A program made the position numbers and the translations under genes. From the NCBI GenBank assembly GCA_963666985.2, contig CAXXIA010000002.1:608001-672000 (forward strand): a DNA stretch of 64,000 nt. Direction: 5' to 3'. Origin of the DNA: Spirochaetia bacterium (GTDB taxonomy: Bacteria > Spirochaetota > Spirochaetia > DSM-2461). Of the stretch, positions 1 to 8,212 are shown in pieces. How positions within the stretch are numbered: the stretch's first letter is position 1; the number at the start of each line of letters is the position of its first letter. Under the pieces are notes generated by a model, which made no database searches, was not told the DNA's origin, and saw only the letters and a program-made list of their open reading frames with translations.

Positions 1-590
1 ACCAGCCAGCTGAGGAGCTGAACCATGATGTAGTTGACCATCAGCGTGGTGATGACTTCGTTGGCGTTCAGTTTCGCGCGAAGCAATCCCAAGCCTCCGC
101 CGATCAGGATTCCGGCGGAGAGGGAAGCCAAAAGGGAAAGGGGAATCCGAAGGGCGATGGGCAAGGGAACATAAACCGCCACGGCCACCGCCGCGACGGC
201 TCCGGCCGTGTACTGCCCGTTTCCGCCGATGTTCCAGAGCTTGCCGCGAAAAGCGACCGAGGTTCCCAGGGCCAGAATGAGGATGGGAACGGTCTTCACC
301 AGGGTTTCGGCGAAGCGGTTTTTATTTCCGAAGGCTCCGTTCAGAAGGGTGGCATAGGCCCGCAGGGGATTATGCCCGGTTAAAGCCAGCAGAATGCCGC
401 AGAGAAATAAAGCCAGCAGCACCGCGATGAGAGAGGGCCACATTCGTCCGGCGGCGGCCTCAAAGCTCTTTCCGAACGAAGCGCGGCCGGAGATGGGTGC
501 AATCTTCTTTGAAGCCTGCTTCATCGGCGAGCTTGTTCCCGACGGCGAGCGGCCAGAGGCGCGCGCAATCTTCTTTAACGCCGGTTTCAT
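1..590 (-). CDS. Nucleoside/sugar ABC transporter permease (3'-truncated by window edge)
   Basis: ATG at 590 overlaps the ATPase stop (ATGA). Manual translation gives hydrophobic helices plus WNIGGNGQY and NEVITTLMVNY motifs typical of nucleoside ABC permeases. Confidence 0.85.
   Translation of the reverse strand, partial: MKPALKKIARASGRSPSGTSSPMKQASKKIAPISGRASFGKSFEAAAGRMWPSLIAVLLALFLCGILLALTGHNPLRAYATLLNGAFGNKNRFAETLVKTVPILILALGTSVAFRGKLWNIGGNGQYTAGAVAAVAVAVYVPLPIALRIPLSLLASLSAGILIGGGLGLLRAKLNANEVITTLMVNYIMVQLLSWL
459..590 (-). repeat. Imperfect 66-bp tandem duplication at the permease N-terminus
   Basis: MKPALKKIARASGRSPSGTSSP / MKQASKKIAPISGRASFGKSFE; the ATGs at 590 and 524 are 66 bp apart. 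Confidence 0.8.
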
Positions 591-2218
591 CGAAGCTCTC
601 CTTCCGGTTCTCCCGGATTCAATTCATTTCCGGCGGCACGGCCGCTCTTCGAAGGCGCATCCGCCGATGTTCCCGCCGTTCGTTTCCTATCGTCCTCGTT
701 CGTATCCGTAATACCGGCCATCAGCATACCCACTCGATTCCGCCCCTCTTCGGGTTTAACCACGCCGAGAATGCGGCCGTTGTACATCACCGCGATTCTG
801 TCCGAAATCTGGAAGATTTCTTCGAGATCGGCGGAAACCATAAGCACCGCGGCGCCGGCGGCTTTCCGATCCAGCAGACACCGGCGGACGTATTCGGTAG
901 CCCCGATATCCAATCCCCGCGTGGGATGTTCGGCGATGAGAAGCCGGGGATTTTCCCCCATCTCCCGGGCCAAAATGACTTTTTGCTGGTTCCCGCCGGA
1001 AAGGTTGCGCACCGGCTCCTCACCGCCTTGAGTTTTGATGGCGTAAGCCGCGATCATTTCGTCGGCCTGCTCCCGGATGCGGGCGGCCTTTAAAAGGAGG
1101 GGGCCGGAGATTTTTGGCGAATCGTAGTTTTTCAGAATAAGATTGCGCCGGATGTCCCAGTTCATCACCAGGCCGCTGCGCTGCCGATCTTCGGGGATGT
1201 GGCGCACCCCGGCACGGATGCGTTCTTTCGGACTCAAGGGGACCAGATTGATACCGTCGAAGACCATAGTACCCGATTCCGACTCCCGAACGCCGGTAAT
1301 CACTTGGCAGAGCTCTTTTTGACCATTGCCGTCCACGCCGGCCAAACCGAGAATTTCCCCTTCGCGGACATCCAGTGAAACACCGTCCAGGGCGGATAGG
1401 CCACGGTCGTCTCGCGCTTTGAGGCCGCTGATTTCCAAGACAACCCCGCCGGTCGGCGCTTTTTTCCCGGAAAAGTCGAACAGAACATCCCGGCCCACCA
1501 TCATGCGCGTCAGTTCCTTTTTTGTCGTATCCGCCGTTACCGTTGTCCGGCCGGTTACAACGCCGCTGCGCAGGATGGTTACCTCATCCGCGATGGAAAG
1601 GATTTCCTCAAGCTTATGACTGATCAGAACGATCCCTTTGCCGTCGTCACGAAGTGTTCGAAGAATGGAAAAAAGATCCTCGGACTCGCCGGGTGTGAGA
1701 ACGGCCGTGGGTTCGTCCAGAATAAGGATGTCCGCGCCCTGAAAGAGGGCCGTCAGAATCTCAACGCGCTGCTGTTCTCCTACCGAAAGACCGGAAACCG
1801 GCGCATCGGGATCCACATTCAATCGATAAACTTCCGAAAGCCGCACGATGTCGTCTCTCACCCGGCGGGAATCCAGGAAGGGAAACTTGGAGGAGGGAAC
1901 GCCGAGCATGATGTTCTCGGTAACCGTCAGGGTTCGCACCAGCATGAAATGCTGGTGGACCATGCCGATGCCCGCCTTCATGGCGTCCAGCGGTGAATGA
2001 ATGGAAGTTTCCTTTTCGCGAAGAAAAATCTTCCCGGAGTCCGGGCGGTACAAACCGAAGAGGATGTTCATCAGCGTGGTCTTTCCGGCACCGTTCTCTC
2101 CGAGCAGACCGTGGACGCTTCCGGGATACAGAGTGAAATCCACGGAGTTATTCGCCGGAACCTCCGAGAAGGACTTGGTAATGCCGCTGAGACGAACGAG
2201 TGGGCGATTCATTTCCAA
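587..2218 (-). CDS. Nucleoside/sugar ABC transporter ATP-binding protein (two ABC domains)
   Basis: Walker A GENGAGKT, LSVGEQQRVEI, ILDEPT; second domain LSGGNQQK and PTRGLD. Confidence 0.95.
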   Translation of the reverse strand: MEMNRPLVRLSGITKSFSEVPANNSVDFTLYPGSVHGLLGENGAGKTTLMNILFGLYRPDSGKIFLREKETSIHSPLDAMKAGIGMVHQHFMLVRTLTVTENIMLGVPSSKFPFLDSRRVRDDIVRLSEVYRLNVDPDAPVSGLSVGEQQRVEILTALFQGADILILDEPTAVLTPGESEDLFSILRTLRDDGKGIVLISHKLEEILSIADEVTILRSGVVTGRTTVTADTTKKELTRMMVGRDVLFDFSGKKAPTGGVVLEISGLKARDDRGLSALDGVSLDVREGEILGLAGVDGNGQKELCQVITGVRESESGTMVFDGINLVPLSPKERIRAGVRHIPEDRQRSGLVMNWDIRRNLILKNYDSPKISGPLLLKAARIREQADEMIAAYAIKTQGGEEPVRNLSGGNQQKVILAREMGENPRLLIAEHPTRGLDIGATEYVRRCLLDRKAAGAAVLMVSADLEEIFQISDRIAVMYNGRILGVVKPEEGRNRVGMLMAGITDTNEDDRKRTAGTSADAPSKSGRAAGNELNPGEPEGELR

Positions 2219-2339
2219 CCTTTTCTTCCTGCTTTTAAGTCCCGCCCCCGCGGAAGTGTTCCCTGCGGGAACGGGACGGAAAAGAGACGCGGGCGATGAG
2301 TGACCTGCGAAGACCGTTCGCCCGCGTCCGGTCTATGCG

Positions 2340-3353
2340 TCAGCTCTGGGGCTCGAAATGCGGGATTTCGATGCTGCCGTCCGTAATGCCCGCCTTGGCG
2401 TCGAGAACGGCCTGCTTCACCTCTTCGGGAACAAAATTCTCGAAGTTGTGATAAGGACACAGCTGAATACCGCCGTTGGCCACCGACAGCCAATAGAACT
2501 TCTCATCACGGTTGGTGAAATTATCGTTCATGATGTCGCCGACGATGGAATCGATAACGGGGAACCAATCGTACTGAATGCCCGAAACCATGTTCTCAGG
2601 AGCAATCACGAACTGATCCACCACGTTGCCCATGGCCATTTTGCCTTCGGTTTTGGCGGCGTTGACCACACCCAGACCGATACCGTCGCCGGAATGCCAG
2701 ATGATGTCGACGCCGGAGTCGTACATGCCGGTGGCTCCGTCCTTGGCCGCGGCGGCATCCCGCCAGTCGCCGGTGTAGAGTTCCTGAATTTCAACGTCGG
2801 GATTCACGGTCTTGGCCGCGAGTTTATAGGCTTCATGGCCCCGGTAAATCTCGGAAACCGCCGCGCCGCCGACAACGCCGATCTTGTTCGTTTCGGTAAG
2901 AAGTCCGGCCAGGACGCCCATCATGTATCCGGCGCCCCCCAAAGTAACGTCGTAGACGCACGTGTTGGGCAAGGTTTTAAAGCCGGTCCCCAGGGCGAAA
3001 TTCACATCGGGATATTCGGCCGCGACCGTAACGATGGGCTCCATGAACTGAAAGCCGTGGCCGAAAATCAGGTCGTACCCCTCGGCCGCGAAATCACGAA
3101 GAGCCGGTTCGATGTCGGCCACTTCATAGACTTCTTCCACGTACGTAACCGCGACTTTATCGCCGTACTTTTCTTCGACGGCCTTCATGCCGTCGTACAT
3201 GGCCTGGTTCCAGGACACATCGTCGATCTTGCCGGGAAGAATGAGAGCGATCTTCAGCGCGTCATTCTTTGTTTCAGCCTCTCCGGAACCTCCGGCAAAG
3301 GCGGCCGAGGCGAACATCGCCAGCAATCCTAAAATAAACAGAGTCCTTTTCAT
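2340..3353 (-). CDS. BMP/PnrA-family ABC substrate-binding protein (probably purine nucleosides)
   Basis: Signal peptide; DDVSWNQ, GYDLIFGHGFQF, TNKIGVVGG motifs; lies between xdh and the ABC ATPase. Confidence 0.88.
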   Translation of the reverse strand: MKRTLFILGLLAMFASAAFAGGSGEAETKNDALKIALILPGKIDDVSWNQAMYDGMKAVEEKYGDKVAVTYVEEVYEVADIEPALRDFAAEGYDLIFGHGFQFMEPIVTVAAEYPDVNFALGTGFKTLPNTCVYDVTLGGAGYMMGVLAGLLTETNKIGVVGGAAVSEIYRGHEAYKLAAKTVNPDVEIQELYTGDWRDAAAAKDGATGMYDSGVDIIWHSGDGIGLGVVNAAKTEGKMAMGNVVDQFVIAPENMVSGIQYDWFPVIDSIVGDIMNDNFTNRDEKFYWLSVANGGIQLCPYHNFENFVPEEVKQAVLDAKAGITDGSIEIPHFEPQS

Positions 3354-3457
3354 TCCTTAACACTCCTTTGGTGTTATATTTCAGGATTCCCGCGTTTTTA
3401 GCGCTGAATCCCGTTTTCCCGTTCAAGGCGGCCGGCGCCGTCGCATGTGCGAGACGC

Positions 3458-5791
3458 CTATGCCGTGCCTTTTCCGGTTTTGGTTGTCTTCCTGATGCGC
3501 TCGGCCTCCAAGGCCACGGCTTCCGGAGTCGCGGGATTCGAAAGACGGCTTTCAACCGCCCCGCCTCCGAAAGCTTCCAGCGCATGTTTGACGGCGAAAT
3601 AGGCCGCCAGACCGTAAAGAAGCGGCGGCTCGCCGATTCCCTTGGAACCGAAAATGCTTGCATGTTCGTTCCGGGAGGAATAAAGGTCCACCGAATAGTC
3701 TTCCGGCAGATCCGAAAAGGCCGGAACTTTATAGGTGGAAAGAGAATCGGCCATCGGTCGGCCTTGCCCATCGAACCGCAGATCTTCCATGGTGCATAAG
3801 CCTACGCCCTGAAGGAATCCTCCGGTTATTTGTCCGCGGTCGATGGCCTCGTCGAGGATTTCGCCCCCTTCATGAACGATATGAGCACTCTTCATTTCAT
3901 ATCCGCCGGTCAGAAGGTCCACCTCGGCCATCACCACGGCTTCGCCTAAGCTGAAATACGCGAAGGGAGTCCCCTTTCCGGCCTCCATGTCGTAGCTCAG
4001 TCCCGGAGTGGCGAAATGGGACTGCGCTCCGAGGTTATAGCGGTTGAAATAAGCGAAAGAGGCCAGAGCCTCGAAGGTTCTTTTTTCATCCGCCAGACGC
4101 TTATCCCAGCAATAATCGTCCTCGAATTCAATGTATTCCGGCGTCGGAGCGAGACCGACTTCCTCATGCAGCATCTGCGATGCGGCTTTGCGGAGTTCGG
4201 CGCGAATATCCTTTGCCGCCAGATAGGCGGCGTATCCGTTGATATCGGTTCCCGACGAGGCCGCCGTCGACGCCACGCTGCCGATACGGAGCGTATTGGT
4301 CGTTTCGCATTTAATCCGTTCTTCCCGAACACCGAGCGTTCGGGCAACAATCCGCGCCACTTTTCGGAACAAGCCCTGCCCCATCTCCACGCCGCCGTGA
4401 CTCAGGCTGATGCTGCCGTCCATGTAAACCCAGATAAGGGCATTTCCCTGATTCAGGAACGTGGCGGTGAAGGCGATACCGTATTTCACCGGCAAAAGGC
4501 CCACACCGCGCTTTTTATGATGATTAACCGCATTAAACGCTTCCGCCTCGGCCAGAAGCTCTTTGTATTTCGGAAGCGCCCGATCCAGGATTTCACCGCT
4601 GAAGGCTTCGTAAACCCGCTGTCCGTACGGCGTTTCCTCACCGTCCCGGTAGAAATTAATCCGCTGGATTTCGGCGAGATCCTTCCCGAGGGTTCGGGCC
4701 GCGCGGTCCATGATGCTCTCGATAACGAAGGAAGCCTGGGGAGCCCCGAAACCGCGAAAGGCCGTATTCGAGGGAAGATGAGTCTTGCACCCCCGACCGA
4801 TAATCCGCGTATTCCGAATAGAATAGGGACCGTCCACGCCCAGCATGGCCCGTTCCACGATGGGGATGGTGAAGTCTTCGAAAGCGCCGCCGTTGGCGTT
4901 GAGTTCCACATCCAGAGCCAGGATGCGGCCCTCTTTGGAAAATGCCGCCCTGTAGTCCGTAAGAAACGGATGGCGTTTCCCGGTCCAGGCCAAATCATCT
5001 TTGCGATCCAATTCGATGCGGCAGGGCAGTCCGGTCGCCCACGTTCCCAGAGCCGCGACGGCGGCCCACATCGTTCCGCCCCGTTCCTTGCCCCCGAAGG
5101 CGCCTCCCACCCTCATTAAATCCACTTCAACCGAATGATTCGACAGGCCCAGGACATTGGAAACCGCATCCTGGACATCCGTTACCCCTTGAGTGGCCGA
5201 ATGGATCAGAAGGCTTCCGCCCGACTTAGGGATGGCCAGAGCCCGCTGTGTTTCCAGATATAAATGTTCCTGGGCTCCGGATTCCAGCGTTCCTTCCAAA
5301 ACAAAATCCGCTTCGGCAAAGGCCTTTTCCAAATCGCCCGTATGGATTTCCAAAGGAGGTCTGTAAAGGCTCCCGGCGGCAACGGCTTCCCGAATCCCGA
5401 AAATCGGCTCCAGAATCTCAATGTCGATCTCGGCGAGATGAGCGGCATACCGAGCGGTCTCGGATGTATCGGCCAGGACAATCCCCACGGGCTGCCCGAC
5501 GTAGAGAACCTCGTTAAAAGCCAGCAGCGGTTCTTCGTCTCGGCGGGAAGCACCGATGCCGTTCTTTCCGGGGATGTCGCCCGCCAGAAGAACCCGCCGA
5601 ACACCGGGAACCGCCTGTGTGCGGGAAACATCGATACCGCGAATCAGACCATGGGCCGCCGGAGAAACGATGGGATAGGCATGAACCATATCGGCGAAAT
5701 TAAGGCCTTCGCCGATATAGCGTTCCCGGCCTGTAACCAAAAGAAGCTTGCTCTCGGCATCGGCGCTACGGCGCCCTCTCTTCGGATTCAC
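3458..5791 (-). CDS. xdhB: Xanthine dehydrogenase molybdopterin-binding subunit
   Basis: QEHLYLETQ, GGAFGGK, TAFRGFGAPQ, GGVEMGQGL, TAASSG and SKGIGEPP (catalytic Glu). Confidence 0.9.
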   Translation of the reverse strand: MNPKRGRRSADAESKLLLVTGRERYIGEGLNFADMVHAYPIVSPAAHGLIRGIDVSRTQAVPGVRRVLLAGDIPGKNGIGASRRDEEPLLAFNEVLYVGQPVGIVLADTSETARYAAHLAEIDIEILEPIFGIREAVAAGSLYRPPLEIHTGDLEKAFAEADFVLEGTLESGAQEHLYLETQRALAIPKSGGSLLIHSATQGVTDVQDAVSNVLGLSNHSVEVDLMRVGGAFGGKERGGTMWAAVAALGTWATGLPCRIELDRKDDLAWTGKRHPFLTDYRAAFSKEGRILALDVELNANGGAFEDFTIPIVERAMLGVDGPYSIRNTRIIGRGCKTHLPSNTAFRGFGAPQASFVIESIMDRAARTLGKDLAEIQRINFYRDGEETPYGQRVYEAFSGEILDRALPKYKELLAEAEAFNAVNHHKKRGVGLLPVKYGIAFTATFLNQGNALIWVYMDGSISLSHGGVEMGQGLFRKVARIVARTLGVREERIKCETTNTLRIGSVASTAASSGTDINGYAAYLAAKDIRAELRKAASQMLHEEVGLAPTPEYIEFEDDYCWDKRLADEKRTFEALASFAYFNRYNLGAQSHFATPGLSYDMEAGKGTPFAYFSLGEAVVMAEVDLLTGGYEMKSAHIVHEGGEILDEAIDRGQITGGFLQGVGLCTMEDLRFDGQGRPMADSLSTYKVPAFSDLPEDYSVDLYSSRNEHASIFGSKGIGEPPLLYGLAAYFAVKHALEAFGGGAVESRLSNPATPEAVALEAERIRKTTKTGKGTA

Positions 5792-7278
5792 GCCGCACCC
5801 CCTTCCGAAACGGCTGCGACGGCATTCATATGTTTGATAACATGATTTCGAATCATCAGACGCCGATAGTCTTCCGATCCTCGGATATCCGAAATAACCG
5901 GAAATCCCGCCGCCAGTTCCTCCGCGCAGTTTCCGACCGCTTCATCATCGGGCCGGCCGTGAAGCGCGGCGACATCGGGAATAACGACGGGTGTCGGTCC
6001 CGCGCCTCCGAAGGCGATTCGGCAGAGTGCGACGCCGTCCGCATCCAATGTCGCCGCAAGGCAGGAACTCAAACCGGAGATATCAACACTCTTTCTCTTC
6101 GAAGATTTCTCAAAAAAGCCGACGGTATTCTTAGCGCGCGGCAGAATGATCGACGCGATCACCTCTCCGGCGGTCAAAGCCGTTTTCTTGTAGCCGAGGA
6201 AAAAATCCGCGAGAGGCACAATCCGCGTACCCGCCGAACTTTTCAGTTCCAAAGACGCATTCAATCCCAAGAGAATGACGGATAAGTCACCGACGGGAGA
6301 GGCATTGCCGATATTCCCGGCCACGGTGGCTGTGTTCCGAATCTGCCGGGAAGCGATCAGTCCTTCCGACGCCGCGATAACGGGAAAAGCCTTTCGAATC
6401 TCCGGATGTTCCATGAACCGCGTTACGGACACCGCCGCGCCGATCCGAATCGATTCGGAACCGGCTTCCAGGGCGTTCCATCCTTTTACGGAACCGATAT
6501 CAACGAATCGGCGGATTTTCGAACCTCCCGCGTTCATCCGTACATAAACGTCGGTGCCGCCGGCGATGAATTCATAATCTTCCGAAATACCGCCCAAAAG
6601 GCTGAAAAGCGCCTCTTCCGTTTCCGGCCGGTCATAAACCGCCGGAGAATAAGGAAGAACCGCGGAACGTAACGGTCCGTAGGGCATTGATGCGGAAGAG
6701 ATGGTTTCGGGCGGCGGAAATCCTTCTTTCAGCGCCTCTTCGACGCGTTTCGCATATTTCGGAAGGACTGTTGCATCACCGTCCTTCAATCCGGTACGAA
6801 CCGCTCGTCCGGCATTCCTGATACCTTCATAACCCGTACACCGGCAGATGTTCCCATCCAAAGCCATCGCGAGATCTTCGTCGGAAGGATCGCGGTCTCC
6901 GGCGAAAAGGCAGAACATCGACATGACAATACCTGGAGTGCAAAAACCGCACTGAACGCCGTGCTTATCGATGATTCTTTCCTGTACGGGATTCAGGGCG
7001 TCCGCTTCGGCCAAACCCTCAACGGTAATCAGGTGCTTCCCGTGAAGCTTCACCGCCGGATAAATACAGGAAGCGGCGGCTTCGTATGTAAACCGACCAT
7101 CACGCCAAACGCCCAAAGCCACCGTACAAGCACCGCAGTCCCCTTCCCGGCATCCGGCTTTGGTTCCGAAGAGCTTATGCTGTTCATGCAGAAGATTCAG
7201 AACAGTCGCTCCCGGAGCAACGGGATGCGCCTGTTCTTCCCCGTTCAGGAAATATCTGATGAATAATCCGTTTTCCAT
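5788..7278 (-). CDS. xdhA: Xanthine dehydrogenase small subunit (two [2Fe-2S] clusters plus FAD domain)
   Basis: GCREGDCGAC, QCGFCTPG, GNICRCTGY, IAGGTD, QIRNTATVAGN; 4-bp overlap with xdhB. Confidence 0.92.
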   Translation of the reverse strand: MENGLFIRYFLNGEEQAHPVAPGATVLNLLHEQHKLFGTKAGCREGDCGACTVALGVWRDGRFTYEAAASCIYPAVKLHGKHLITVEGLAEADALNPVQERIIDKHGVQCGFCTPGIVMSMFCLFAGDRDPSDEDLAMALDGNICRCTGYEGIRNAGRAVRTGLKDGDATVLPKYAKRVEEALKEGFPPPETISSASMPYGPLRSAVLPYSPAVYDRPETEEALFSLLGGISEDYEFIAGGTDVYVRMNAGGSKIRRFVDIGSVKGWNALEAGSESIRIGAAVSVTRFMEHPEIRKAFPVIAASEGLIASRQIRNTATVAGNIGNASPVGDLSVILLGLNASLELKSSAGTRIVPLADFFLGYKKTALTAGEVIASIILPRAKNTVGFFEKSSKRKSVDISGLSSCLAATLDADGVALCRIAFGGAGPTPVVIPDVAALHGRPDDEAVGNCAEELAAGFPVISDIRGSEDYRRLMIRNHVIKHMNAVAAVSEGGAA

Positions 7279-7289
7279 GCAATTCCCGC

Positions 7290-8045
7290 TTATGAAAGAT
7301 AGACGTCCTGCCGGCGAAGCAGACTCAGATTGACGTATTCGGTATCCATGAACGCGTCGACATGCATTACGGGCTTGTTCTTCGCCGTGTAATACACCGA
7401 TTCCAAAAGAAGCAGCGGTTTATCCCCTACAATCCGGTACAGCTGCCCATGATCCGGAAGCTTCGCGGACGTTGTGGCTTTAACCTGAACGATGTCGTGG
7501 GTTACGATAATCCCGGCGTGTTCGAGCAGATATTCAAAAGTGGACTGCGCCAAATCCCCTTCCCGGATACCGCCGCCGATCAGACTCTCGGCAAAAAAAT
7601 CTTCGCAATAAATAACAGGCATGCCGTCGGCATAAAAAATCTTTTTAGCACAGACGATACGGTCTTCCTCGTCCAGCCGGAGTCCTTTCCGAATCCGCGC
7701 TTCGCCCGAATCAACGGTGACTTCCACCAATTCCACGCTGGATTCATACCCGTTTTTCTCTATGGCCTGTCCGAATTCCACGGCCGGGCTCAGCGTGACT
7801 TTCATTCCCATGGCCTCCATGTTGATGAAAGTCCCCTTTCCCTGAATCTTGTAAATAATCCCTTCCTGCTCCATCTCGGTTAAAACATCTCGGACCGTTA
7901 TACGGCTCACACCGAGTTTCTCGGCCAGTTCATGCTCACCGGGAAGCTGTGTCTTTTTTTCCTTAACCAAGAGATGAACGATTTTTTTGAGGGAGCGTCG
8001 GACCTCAAATTTCAATGAAATATTCTGAATCGGATTAATTTCCAT
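7290..8045 (-). CDS. GntR-family regulator with UTRA domain (HutC/DasR type)
   Basis: LPGEHELAEKLGVSRITVR...QGKGTF winged HTH and a UTRA-like C-terminus; ATG at 8045 preferred over TTG at 8060. Confidence 0.9.
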   Translation of the reverse strand: MEINPIQNISLKFEVRRSLKKIVHLLVKEKKTQLPGEHELAEKLGVSRITVRDVLTEMEQEGIIYKIQGKGTFINMEAMGMKVTLSPAVEFGQAIEKNGYESSVELVEVTVDSGEARIRKGLRLDEEDRIVCAKKIFYADGMPVIYCEDFFAESLIGGGIREGDLAQSTFEYLLEHAGIIVTHDIVQVKATTSAKLPDHGQLYRIVGDKPLLLLESVYYTAKNKPVMHVDAFMDTEYVNLSLLRRQDVYLS

Positions 8046-8086
8046 TTTCCCCGCTCTCAAAAACCGACATTACCGTCATGTTGTTT

Positions 8087-8099
8087 GTTGTCATACAAC
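8087..8099. promoter_or_regulatory. Putative GntR/UTRA operator GTTGTcatACAAC
   Basis: Palindrome about 40 bp upstream of the regulator, resembling HutC-subfamily GT-N-TA-N-AC sites. Confidence 0.55.
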
Positions 8100-8132
8100 T
8101 TATAACATAGAGAAGATAGATATAACATGACG

Positions 8133-8166
8133 ATCTTTTTACGGCAAGCGTTTGCCGTAAAAAGAT
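8133..8166. terminator. Intrinsic terminator hairpin ending the 8.2-17.5 kb operon
   Basis: ATCTTTTTACGGCAA-gcgt-TTGCCGTAAAAAGAT: perfect 15-bp inverted repeat with A/T tracts. Confidence 0.65.
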
Positions 8167-8212
8167 GCCGCCATCGTCTTGATAAAAACTCCGAATTGAG
8201 CCCGGGCCGAAT

